A stretch of 64,000 nucleotides of DNA from an uncultured Bacteroides sp. (GCA_949296415.1 CASFQC010000002.1:23817-87816), one strand, 5' to 3'; shown: positions 9,424-18,168, numbered from the stretch's first letter. Notes: generated by a model from the letters alone, not told the origin. A program made the numbers and translations.

Positions 9424-9749
9424 TAAAATTAAATAATTGTAGGCAACATTAGCAGTTGTGTTTTTGTACTAAAACTCCTTATTTGTGTGCTATTTGGACT
9501 AAAATAAGTGATAAGCGGTGTATGTTGCCTGTGTTTCACTCCGATAGCCGGTACTGTGCCCACGGTTTCCGGTGAGGGGCCGGGAAGGCCGGTGGTAGGG
9601 CGGGTTGGGGAGGTGCGGATACGTTTGCAGCCCGGCGTGTGCAGGATGCGCGTCGGGCTGCAAGTGGGGTTGCGGCGGGAGGTTCTTGCGTAGTCTCCCG
9701 CGTGCAGTAAGGGTGTGACGGGTGCTGCGGTGGCAGACAGCCCTTGCGT

Positions 9750-11459
9750 TCAGCGTGCCGCCAGCGTGCTGTCGGCAGTGGCGGCAGGTGAGGTCACGCT
9801 GAGTATGGAGCGGTAGCGTGTGGGGTCGGCCAGCACCTCCTGTGCCTGCTTCAGGTCGGGGTCGTCTTTCAGCTGCTCGATGATGGATCCGCGCTGGTAG
9901 TAGTAGCGTTTGATGATTTCTACGGCAATCAGCTCGCGTATGTCCTTGCCAAAGTGGTCCAGGTCGTGGTCCAGATTGTGGGTCAGTTTCTTCTCCAACG
10001 CCTCGAATTCCTGTGAGGCGCCTTCCAGATAGCCTTCGAATTCGGCCATTTCCTTCAGACTTTTCAGCATCTTCTCGGTCTGCTGGTCGTACTTGAAGTC
10101 GGCCTTCCTCACCGTCTCCTTGAAGTCTGCATAGTCGGCGTCGGTCACCGTGAAGTCTTCGGGCCGTGCTATGGTGGGATGCTTCAGGCAGTACTGTGTG
10201 GCGTAGTCGAAGATGAGGTTCTCGTTCACCAGATAGAACAGGATGTTGGGCAGCTTTTCCTGCTTTATGCTGATGTCGGGCGTCACTCCTCCTCCGTCGC
10301 GCACTTCCCGTCCGGCTTCGGTGTGGAACACGGTGGTCAGGCTGTCGGGTATCCGTCCCACGCTGCCGTCTTCATTGCGGTGGGTGTAGTCTATGGCCTG
10401 CACGCATCGTCCGCTGGGTATGTAGTATTTTGAGGTGGTCAGCTTCATCTGTCCTCCGTAGGGCAGGGGGCGTGTGGTCTGCACCAGTCCCTTGCCGTAG
10501 GTGCGTGTGCCCACGATGACGGCGCGGTCCAGGTCCTGCAGCGAGCCTGCCAGTATCTCGGCGGCCGACGCGGTGGAGCTGTTCACCAGCACGGCCAGCG
10601 GGATGTCCAGGTCGAGCGGTTCGCGCAGGGTTTTGTAGGTGTTGTCGGCCTGTCTGGTCTTTCCGCGTGTGGTCACCAGTGTCTTTCCGCGCGGCACGAA
10701 GAAGTTGGCTATCTCCACGGCCTCGTCCAGCAGTCCGCCCCCGTTGTTGCGCAGGTCGATGACCAGTGCCTTGGCGCCCCTTTTCTTCAGGTCGAGGAAT
10801 GCCTTCTTGAATTCCGTCGAGGGGTCTCCCGAGAACGAGGTGAGGTTGATGTATCCCGTCCTGCCGTCGGGCAGTATATTATAATAAGGTATAAGGGGAA
10901 GCTGTATGGACTTGCGCACTATTTCGAACTCCATGGGCTTCTTCTCTCCCGGACGTTCCACCTTCAGCCGGAAGCTGGTGCCTATCTGTCCGCGCAGCAT
11001 CTCGCTCACCTCGGCGTTGTTCTTCCCGGCCAGGCTCTGTCCGTCTATCTCCAGCAGGATGTCGCCCACCTTCAGTCCGGCCTCTGCCGCCGGCATACCC
11101 TCGTAAGGCTCGGCTATCATGGAGAGCTTGCGTTTGGTGTTCCAGGTGATGATGGAGCCTATTCCTCCGTAGGTGCCTTTCACCATCTGTTCCAGCTCGC
11201 TCTGGTCGTCTTCGGGGTAGTACACGGTGTAGGGGTCCAGGGAGTAGAGCATGGCGTCAATGCCCTCGCGCACGGTCTTGTCGGCGTCTATGGTGTCTAC
11301 GTAGAACATGTCCAGTTCCTTGACAATGGAGTTGAACACGTCCAGATTCTTTGCTATCTGGAAATTGCGGTCGTCGCCCGCCTTGAAGCTTAGGAAAGCC
11401 GCGCCTCCGGCCACCAGGCATATCAGTGCCGTCCAGCGCATTCTTGCAAATCGTTTCAC
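9750..11459 (-). CDS. S41 family carboxy-terminal processing protease (PDZ + S41)
   Basis: LDPYT, GGIG PDZ loop, IDLRNNGGG, TASAAEI (catalytic Ser), GKGLVQ, GGGVTPD; GTG start. Confidence 0.93.
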   Translation of the reverse strand: MKRFARMRWTALICLVAGGAAFLSFKAGDDRNFQIAKNLDVFNSIVKELDMFYVDTIDADKTVREGIDAMLYSLDPYTVYYPEDDQSELEQMVKGTYGGIGSIITWNTKRKLSMIAEPYEGMPAAEAGLKVGDILLEIDGQSLAGKNNAEVSEMLRGQIGTSFRLKVERPGEKKPMEFEIVRKSIQLPLIPYYNILPDGRTGYINLTSFSGDPSTEFKKAFLDLKKRGAKALVIDLRNNGGGLLDEAVEIANFFVPRGKTLVTTRGKTRQADNTYKTLREPLDLDIPLAVLVNSSTASAAEILAGSLQDLDRAVIVGTRTYGKGLVQTTRPLPYGGQMKLTTSKYYIPSGRCVQAIDYTHRNEDGSVGRIPDSLTTVFHTEAGREVRDGGGVTPDISIKQEKLPNILFYLVNENLIFDYATQYCLKHPTIARPEDFTVTDADYADFKETVRKADFKYDQQTEKMLKSLKEMAEFEGYLEGASQEFEALEKKLTHNLDHDLDHFGKDIRELIAVEIIKRYYYQRGSIIEQLKDDPDLKQAQEVLADPTRYRSILSVTSPAATADSTLAAR

Positions 11460-11544
11460 GTCAGTCTTTGTTTTTTAGTTCGTTAATAGTGCTTTTCCGT
11501 CTTCTGTCCCTGTCCCGTCCATACACGCTTCCTCCGGGGACGCG

Positions 11545-11654
11545 GTGGCCACGGTCGGACAGCGTGGTGTGAGTCCGTCCGCAGCTTGCTGTGGGTCCGT
11601 CTGCACGTCGGTGTGAGTCCGTTCACAGCTTGCTGTGAATCCGTCCGCACCAAC
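11545..11654. repeat. 22-bp-period degenerate tandem array, family B
   Basis: Units from 11567: gtgtgagtccgtccgcagcttg / ctgtgggtccgtctgcacgtcg / gtgtgagtccgttcacagcttg / ctgtgaatccgtccgcaccaac. Confidence 0.8.
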
Positions 11655-11722
11655 CGCTGTATATGAGGCGTTTACGTGCCTATTCCTTTCCTCCCTGGCA
11701 GGGATACGGAAAATTTTTCTTG

Positions 11723-11761
11723 CAAATATATTGCATATTTCAAAATATCCTATTAATTTTG
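11723..11761. promoter_or_regulatory. Divergent -7 promoter elements (S41 gene on -, tRNA pair on +)
   Basis: caaatata 11723-11730 (TATATTTG on -) and TAATTTTG 11754-11761 (+). Confidence 0.6.
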
Positions 11762-11789
11762 CAGCGCATTTAAGCAAAAAAAGCAATAC

Positions 11790-11863
11790 TCTTCGTTAGC
11801 TCAGTCGGTTAGAGCATCTGACTGTTAATCAGAGGGTCCTTGGTTCAAGTCCAAGACGAAGAG
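11790..11863 (+). tRNA. tRNA-Asn (GTT)
   Basis: Acceptor TCTTCGT/ACGAAGA, D arm GCTC/GAGC, anticodon arm TCTGA-CTGTTAA-TCAGA, T arm CTTGG-TTCAAGT-CCAAG; CCA not encoded. Confidence 0.97.
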
Positions 11864-11888
11864 CGATCTTGTTTGATAATAGTTTGAT

Positions 11889-11962
11889 TCTTCGTTAGCT
11901 CAGTCGGTTAGAGCATCTGACTGTTAATCAGAGGGTCCTTGGTTCAAGTCCAAGACGAAGAG
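11889..11962 (+). tRNA. tRNA-Asn (GTT), identical tandem copy
   Basis: Same 74-nt sequence as 11790-11863, separated by a 25-nt spacer. Confidence 0.97.
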
Positions 11963-11972
11963 CGTCGATAGG

Positions 11973-12012
11973 GGAAGCGTACCGTTGTGAAGCGGTGCGC
12001 TTCCGGCGTTTT
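11973..12012 (+). terminator. Terminator after the tRNA pair
   Basis: GGAAGCGTACCGTT-GTGA-AGCGGTGCGCTTCC stem followed by ggcgtttt. Confidence 0.65.
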
Positions 12013-12199
12013 AGTAGGGGGCGAGGAGAGGGACACAGGACTTGGAAAAAAGTGTCAAGCCCGTATGGCGGATAGAATAATGCATTAACTTTGCGGCATA
12101 CAATATAACGCAGGCTTACCTACGAGAGCATTCATTGCCGACTACCGTATGTTGCCTGCCGCAGATTTTGGGAAAACACACGTGGTATGATGTACAGAC

Positions 12200-13930
12200 A
12201 TGAAAAAAGCCTCCTATACCTATTTATATGATGTAGCCGCGACAGTCCTGCTGGTTGTCATGGCGGTATGTTTCACCTCATGCGGGTGGAAAGCGGTGCG
12301 GCAGACCACCCCTTTGCTGCTCCGTGCCGACACGCTGATGCTGTCTGCTCCCGACAGTGCGCTCCGCCTGCTGGAGTCCGTTAGCCCGATGCCGGAATGG
12401 ACGGACCGGCTGTGTTCAGACTACGTCTTGCGACTGGCCGAAGCAAGGGACAAATGTTCCCTGCCCCTGCTTCCCTGCGACTCGCTGCTCAACATCGCCC
12501 TGGCCTATTATGACAACGACGATGCCGGGCGTCCGCTCGCCCTGCTGTACAAAGCACGTCTGGAAGATCAGATGGGTCAGTACGAACGTGCTTCCAAACG
12601 GCTGACTGAAGGACTGGAATTGCTGGAACAGCATCCGCAAGGAACGGAGGTGAGAAGGAATATGCTGAGTACGTTGGGGAATATCTATTGTTACGATGCT
12701 CATTTATATGATGAAGCCATCAAGGTCTATAAAGAGTTATATGAATATTGTGAAACCAATCGGGACAGAGCAATAGCATTGACCAATATAAGTACTGTCT
12801 TCTTCTTGAAAGGCGAAGTGGAAAACAGTAAAGCAATAGAAAAAGAAGCTTTGAAATATGCCATGTCGGCAAGCGATTCCACACTCATTACCAATTCCAT
12901 GCTTTCATTCAGCTCTTATTTTGATGAGATAGGACAAACAGACTCCGCTTTGTTCTATGCCAAGCAAGCTATATCTTTTGCTCCAGGAAATGACGGAAAA
13001 GGAAGGTATTATTGCAACATAGGTTACTTGCTTATGGGAAAAGACAGCATTATGGACGATTCAGCCATATGGTATCTGCAAGAAAGTTTAAAAGACAGCT
13101 CTTTTGAAGGAAGATATTACAATCTGCGCCTGCTCAGTGATTTTGAATATGAAAGGCGGCAATATAAGGTGGCTTTCAGTTATTTGACGGCTTATGCAGA
13201 CATACAAGATTCCATTATGTTATCTGAGCAATCAACTGAAATAGAGAGACAAATGTATCAATATCGCACCAACATACAAATCTTAAATATAAAAGCACAA
13301 GAACGGCAACAGAAATGGATATTAATCTGTTCTACGTCTGTTATCTGTTTCATTATTATATTAATCTATCAATGGCAGTTAGCGAAAAGGGATAAGAAAC
13401 AGCTCATCAGCCAACAAGCCATTGAAAAAGCTCAGGTAAGCATCCAAAACCTACAACGACAGATTACAGACAAACAGTCTTTTGTAACTTTTCTGAAAAA
13501 CAAGAATTCCATACTGGAGAACGAACAGAGCGAGAAAATGAAATTAATCCAGAACAATGAAATCACCATAAAAAACCTGCAAATAGAACAACAACGGTTG
13601 CAAAATTGGTTGTTCACCCAAACAGACATCTATCAAAAGGTTCAACTTTTATCAAAACAAAAAGATAAAAAGGACATGAAAGTACTGAATCTGACAGAGC
13701 AGAAAAAACTAAAGGATATAATTTTCAGTTTATATAGCAAACAAGTCGCTATCTTACGTCAACAACATCCTTTTATTAATGATGACGATATTCTTCTGCT
13801 TTGCCTTCAAAAGACAGAGTTATCATCCAAAGCCATTGCCTTATGCTTCGGTTACAGCGATACGCATCCCATAAACCAGCGTAAACTACGCATAAAAGAG
13901 AAAATCGAAAGAGAAAACATGAATGTGTGA
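12200..13930 (+). CDS. Membrane-spanning TPR sensor/transcriptional regulator (periplasmic TPR, TM, coiled coil, C-terminal LuxR-like HTH)
   Basis: Signal/lipobox FTSC, TPR-like helices, TM WILICSTSVICFIIILIYQW, Gln/Lys-rich coiled coil, C-terminal DDILLLCL...SKAIALCFG...NQRKLRIKEKI; TAACTTTG at about 12086. Confidence 0.75.
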   Translation: MKKASYTYLYDVAATVLLVVMAVCFTSCGWKAVRQTTPLLLRADTLMLSAPDSALRLLESVSPMPEWTDRLCSDYVLRLAEARDKCSLPLLPCDSLLNIALAYYDNDDAGRPLALLYKARLEDQMGQYERASKRLTEGLELLEQHPQGTEVRRNMLSTLGNIYCYDAHLYDEAIKVYKELYEYCETNRDRAIALTNISTVFFLKGEVENSKAIEKEALKYAMSASDSTLITNSMLSFSSYFDEIGQTDSALFYAKQAISFAPGNDGKGRYYCNIGYLLMGKDSIMDDSAIWYLQESLKDSSFEGRYYNLRLLSDFEYERRQYKVAFSYLTAYADIQDSIMLSEQSTEIERQMYQYRTNIQILNIKAQERQQKWILICSTSVICFIIILIYQWQLAKRDKKQLISQQAIEKAQVSIQNLQRQITDKQSFVTFLKNKNSILENEQSEKMKLIQNNEITIKNLQIEQQRLQNWLFTQTDIYQKVQLLSKQKDKKDMKVLNLTEQKKLKDIIFSLYSKQVAILRQQHPFINDDDILLLCLQKTELSSKAIALCFGYSDTHPINQRKLRIKEKIERENMNV

Positions 13931-14058
13931 CTATGATGATTCATAATTATTTGTAAATAAGAATAATACAGAGCTAAGGCGTGACTGTGTTTTTAGTGCT
14001 AGTCTTCCTAAATGTCTGTAACTTTGCCATCGAAATAACCAATAAAACTTATCTAATT

Positions 14059-14436
14059 ATGATGGAAAAAGTAAAACCTACGCTATTGTTGTTGTTAACA
14101 CTATTATTAATCAGTGGAACTGTAGCCGCAAAGCCTCCTAAACGGACAAAAATGGTACGTTATCATACGGCGATAAGAGCGACCACTCGTGTGCCTTTAG
14201 ACTTTAATATGAATGTGTACGAAGAAAACACCACATTGTTCATCACTTTCTACGGCCAGCTTTACAATGCCGACATTATCGTTACCGATGCCAACGGTCG
14301 GAATGTGGTAGAACAGACAAAGCAAAACATCCATGACGGACAATTCTTGATGATTCCACAAGCGGACAGCTATCCTTATCATATAGAGATAGACACACCG
14401 ATTATGGAAGTATCAGCCGATATAGTTCAAGAATAG
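14059..14436 (+). CDS. Small secreted Ig-like protein (DUF3244-like)
   Basis: Signal peptide, basic segment with IRAT/TR, beta-sandwich pattern IIVTDANGRNVV...YHIEI; TAACTTTG at about 14019. Confidence 0.6.
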   Translation: MMEKVKPTLLLLLTLLLISGTVAAKPPKRTKMVRYHTAIRATTRVPLDFNMNVYEENTTLFITFYGQLYNADIIVTDANGRNVVEQTKQNIHDGQFLMIPQADSYPYHIEIDTPIMEVSADIVQE

Positions 14437-14586
14437 TAAGATACCGACAAAAAAGCATACTACTTGCCTTCAAGGAAGCTTAAGTCTGCAAAGGAATGAC
14501 GCGCTTCCATTGGAATACCTTTACAGAACGGGCTGCCAAGAAGGAAAGTCTTTATAGAACAACAATTAAAATACACGAATCAAAAC

Positions 14587-16209
14587 ATGAAAAAGACAAT
14601 TATGGGCGTGCTATGCGCCGCCTTTCTATTCTCATGTTCCAATGAGATGGAAGAAATGAACCAGAATGAAGCTGCTGTCCCGACAGTAGAAAACATCCAG
14701 AAACTTGATGCGGCTACCGCGCAACAGACTTTCGCCGTCATCTTGTCTAAAGCGGTTTACGGCAGCCAGGAATTGAGAAACTTCATCCGCACAGAAGCTC
14801 TCAAACAGTTCGACCGCGACTACGATGTGTTCTATCCGTTTGTGAAAGACACCAAGGTGTGTGGAGAACGCACTTTCCGCGATGTTATTTTGGACTATAC
14901 CGATGAGCGTACACTAGCCTCCATCGAAGCCAGCCTGCCTCGGTTGAACATATTGGTGCCCGACCTTTCGTTTGTTGATGCTTTCTGTGCCGATAATTGG
15001 GATACAAGCAGCAATGAAGTGGCTGTAAGCTATGCCACAGGTAATGACGAACATGTGCTCTATGCCAATGGTGAGGTGACTGCCAAGCTGGAAGTGGGCG
15101 AGCTTCCTGCCTTCCCTCTGCTGGTGGTAAAAGAGAACGAGCGCATGAGCTATCGTCCCTCCACACGAGGCATCAGCGACCTGTCTGCCTACGACTTTGC
15201 CGACCCTGTATTCAACGGATCCGCTTATAACAAGCCACAGACAAGAGCCACGGACTGGGATCTGTATCCTGAACAGGAATCGACAGAACCTTATGTACCG
15301 GTCAGCGTCTTGGACGCTTCCGTTATAGAAGCATATAATGAGAACAAGAAAAATCCGTCCAGCCTGGACAGAGACTACATCTACTACGGACTGAGTAGCA
15401 GCCATCCTACCTATGGTACGTTAAACACAAACATTAATGAAGCTATCTATAAGTTTAAACTAAGCAATAGTGTCTATTACAGCATTGCTGACGCAGACAC
15501 AGACCCAAAACTGAAAAGTGATGTAGAAAATAAAGTAAGTGAACTTCCATTGGAACAAGTATGGCAAAAAATATGGACTGACGGTGCTTTTGAATTCAAT
15601 TTCTATTCTTATATATATAGCAAATCAGACAAGACAAAACCCTCATTTAAAAAAGTTCCTGTTAAAGCACAAGACCTGTTCCAGTATGACAAAGTACATG
15701 TACACAGAAGACATAAAACTGCTTTTAGACACACAAATTACACATATGTAATAGAAGCTGCTAGTCTGAAGCCTAAATGGGTAAACATAAAAGATCAAAT
15801 AGGTAGTAACATTGATATATTCACAACACAATGGGATTTGTCGGATCTTTCTTTGAACATTTATGTGAACGTTAAAGAAGTTGATCCATCTTTGATAACT
15901 GAAGAAAAGCATACAGGAGAATTCACGCAAACAGTATCAACTGATTTTGCTACAGAAAAGATTGCAAGTACCAAGGCTGCAAACAACTTCTTAATGAAAG
16001 TTTCTGGAGGTTTTTCTAGTACTCATACTACAACAGACGAATTTAGCTTAACAAAAACGGAAGAGGATGATGATTTGGGAGATGCTTATATAAATTATAC
16101 AGACCCTATCATTCTTGATGATAGTGAGAAGGATACAAAAGGATATAAAATATATACCTATAGTACAGGATCGGTAGAATTTATGGTACTGCCTGTTGCA
16201 AAAAGATAA
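14587..16209 (+). CDS. Uncharacterised 540-aa lipoprotein (candidate secreted effector/pore-forming toxin)
   Basis: Lipobox LFSC followed by an acidic segment; PSTRG and PQTRA motifs; C-terminal Ser/Thr-rich amphipathic hairpin flanked by WDL..EVD and EDDDLG. The CDS is clear; the function is inferred. Confidence 0.75.
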   Translation: MKKTIMGVLCAAFLFSCSNEMEEMNQNEAAVPTVENIQKLDAATAQQTFAVILSKAVYGSQELRNFIRTEALKQFDRDYDVFYPFVKDTKVCGERTFRDVILDYTDERTLASIEASLPRLNILVPDLSFVDAFCADNWDTSSNEVAVSYATGNDEHVLYANGEVTAKLEVGELPAFPLLVVKENERMSYRPSTRGISDLSAYDFADPVFNGSAYNKPQTRATDWDLYPEQESTEPYVPVSVLDASVIEAYNENKKNPSSLDRDYIYYGLSSSHPTYGTLNTNINEAIYKFKLSNSVYYSIADADTDPKLKSDVENKVSELPLEQVWQKIWTDGAFEFNFYSYIYSKSDKTKPSFKKVPVKAQDLFQYDKVHVHRRHKTAFRHTNYTYVIEAASLKPKWVNIKDQIGSNIDIFTTQWDLSDLSLNIYVNVKEVDPSLITEEKHTGEFTQTVSTDFATEKIASTKAANNFLMKVSGGFSSTHTTTDEFSLTKTEEDDDLGDAYINYTDPIILDDSEKDTKGYKIYTYSTGSVEFMVLPVAKR

Positions 16210-16225
16210 TTAATAAGTGTTTGTA

Positions 16226-16332
16226 GAAGGTGAGCCGAAATTAGATGTAGCAGTCTGCTGTTCTTCCTTAAAGACTTCTATATTTTGATTAAGGTGACAG
16301 CATAATGGTACTTTGAGTTTCGGCATACCTTC
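16226..16332. repeat. Long imperfect inverted repeat (arms of about 45 bp), MITE-like palindrome
   Basis: gaaggtgagccgaaattagatgtagcagtctgctgttcttccttaa ... ttaaggtgacagcataatggtactttgagtttcggcataccttc. Confidence 0.65.
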
Positions 16333-16350
16333 ATATTTCTTTCTCGCCTT

Positions 16351-16809
16351 ATGAAACGTGTATTTTTTCTTTTCATCCTTCTTCTCGTCTTCGCCTCCTG
16401 TTCCGACGACGACCACGACCCGTGGCAGGGATTCACACAACACATACCTTCCATAGGATCAGTCTATAAGAACAGCTATATTGTCATCACATTTGAGAGC
16501 AAGGACAGCGTGAGCTATTACACTATAGGCGGAAATCCTTCAAATTATAACTTGAGAGGCAAATCCAAATATACGGCACATGCTGATGGTACCATCATTT
16601 TTGAAGCACCAGACCCGCCTCTAGATGCCGATATTATGTGGCCGGAGACTACCGATGTGCCCGTGTTCACCCGCTTTGAAGGCAAGATGCTGCTGCCCAC
16701 TGTCATACAGGCTACTTTCACTTTTAATGCTCTGAACCACGGCGGAGGAGGTACGGACTGGTTCTGCGCCCCGGGGTATGACCTGCATGGCAACTACATG
16801 TATGACTGA
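16351..16809 (+). CDS. Hypothetical lipoprotein (152 aa)
   Basis: MKRVFFLFILLLVFASC lipobox followed by the acidic SDDDHD surface-export-like signal. Confidence 0.75.
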   Translation: MKRVFFLFILLLVFASCSDDDHDPWQGFTQHIPSIGSVYKNSYIVITFESKDSVSYYTIGGNPSNYNLRGKSKYTAHADGTIIFEAPDPPLDADIMWPETTDVPVFTRFEGKMLLPTVIQATFTFNALNHGGGGTDWFCAPGYDLHGNYMYD

Positions 16810-16837
16810 CATAACAATGAGAACAAGACACATCAAA

Positions 16838-17449
16838 ATGAAATGTATGATGAAGAACTTCAGACTTTGCTTCCTGCTGTGCGCGGCTCTGCCGCTGTTC
16901 ACAGCCTGCGATGACGACGAGACCGAAACCACAACTACCATGGTCAACTGGCTGCCGGACCGGTACAAGATAAACGTGGCCTACACCGAAACGCCCGTAG
17001 ACCTGGACAACGACGGACGGGCCACGTGTAACCTGTATGAAGAGCTGTCCACGCGCTTCAGCCACGAGCCGCAAACCGACGGCATAGCCTTCTATGACTT
17101 TGACGACCCGGAGAACTATGCCGTGGTGCATGCGCCGGAATTCGACGGGGAGAGCCGGTACATTGACTTTAACTTCCCTACGCAGGTCATCCTTACAAAG
17201 GAAGACGGCACGCCTTACACGGACCGTTACCGGCACGTCCTGAACCACATCCCCTATGCCGAGACCGACGGCACGGAAGTGGCTCTCCTCCACCCGGACA
17301 ATGAAGATACTGCCCGCGCGGCCATTGTGGCCATGCGCCGTACCTGGACCAGCGAGTTCCGCCTGGATCTCATGCTGCATGTGTACGACTACAGCCGTCG
17401 GGAGTGGGTGACCACCGCCGCATGGGCCAGATTCGGGCGGGTAAAGTGA
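16838..17449 (+). CDS. Hypothetical lipoprotein with a DxDxDG-type motif
   Basis: Lipobox LFTAC followed by DDDETE; PVDLDNDG motif; start ATG 16838/16847. Confidence 0.75.
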   Translation: MKCMMKNFRLCFLLCAALPLFTACDDDETETTTTMVNWLPDRYKINVAYTETPVDLDNDGRATCNLYEELSTRFSHEPQTDGIAFYDFDDPENYAVVHAPEFDGESRYIDFNFPTQVILTKEDGTPYTDRYRHVLNHIPYAETDGTEVALLHPDNEDTARAAIVAMRRTWTSEFRLDLMLHVYDYSRREWVTTAAWARFGRVK

Positions 17450-17531
17450 CATCCGCCGCACCGGAACCTTGCACAGTAAGGATGCGGATACTATCTTTGT
17501 GCCGTAGAAATACTAAACTTTTTGTACAGAC

Positions 17532-17951
17532 ATGAAAAAGACATTTGCCGCACTGACACTGGCATCTTCGCTGCTCCTCTGCACCTCGTGCATGAGCATA
17601 TTCACCAGCGCGAAGCAGACCATCACTTTTATGGGAGAGGAGGGCACGCAGCTGTATGATGCCACCAACAACATGAAGATAGGAGAAATCACGGAAGACG
17701 GAACCGCCTCTGTAAGGCTGAGGAAAAGACTGTCGGACAAGACCATCATAGCCCGGAAAGAGGGGTACAAGAACACACCGGTGGTCATAGAGCCGCAGTT
17801 CAACCCGTGTTCCCTGTGGAACATCCTCTTCTGGCCGGGATTCCTGATAGATCTGGGCACGGGGAAGATAAACAAGTACGACCCCGTGGTCTACAACATA
17901 GAGATGGAGAAAAAGGCTCCCGCCGCCCAAGAACCCAAAGAAGGGGAATGA
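17532..17951 (+). CDS. Small lipoprotein, PEGA-like
   Basis: Lipobox CTSC, IARKEGYK, C-terminal WNILFWPGFLIDLGTG helix; own TATCTTTG element at about 17492. Confidence 0.75.
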   Translation: MKKTFAALTLASSLLLCTSCMSIFTSAKQTITFMGEEGTQLYDATNNMKIGEITEDGTASVRLRKRLSDKTIIARKEGYKNTPVVIEPQFNPCSLWNILFWPGFLIDLGTGKINKYDPVVYNIEMEKKAPAAQEPKEGE

Positions 17952-17969
17952 GTCGGGACAGACCTGTAA

Positions 17970-18010
17970 CCACAGAAGCGCGTCACTTTCACAGCGGCGC
18001 GCTTCTGTGG
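17970..18010. terminator. Hairpin after the lipoprotein gene (no clear U tract)
   Basis: CCACAGAAGCGCG...CGCGCTTCTGTGG 13-bp stem. Confidence 0.5.
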
Positions 18011-18168
18011 CATATACGGGTAGGGGTTTCGCGAAGGGCTGTAGGCATGCCTGTGCCTTTCCCGCAAAAAAACGCGGCATTCCGGCATGACGGAATGCGG
18101 AAGACCTGCACAACGGACGGAAGAATACACTAACTTTGCGGCAAACAAACCATAACGCAAGTATACAT

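Noticed and set aside
9612-9745. Possible further periodic array of tgca/tgcg words downstream of the S41 gene
   Set aside because: Spacing is irregular. It is better explained by two hairpins (ttgcagcccg.../...cgggctgcaa and gcgggag/ctcccgc) acting as 3' structures.
11545-11654. 22-bp arrays as CRISPR arrays
   Set aside because: Units are contiguous and degenerate with no unique spacers, and there are no cas genes in the window.
11790-17951. tRNA-Asn-anchored integrative element
   Set aside because: No integrase and no duplicated tRNA 3' end (att site) were seen, and the GC shift starts inside the TPR gene rather than at the tRNA.
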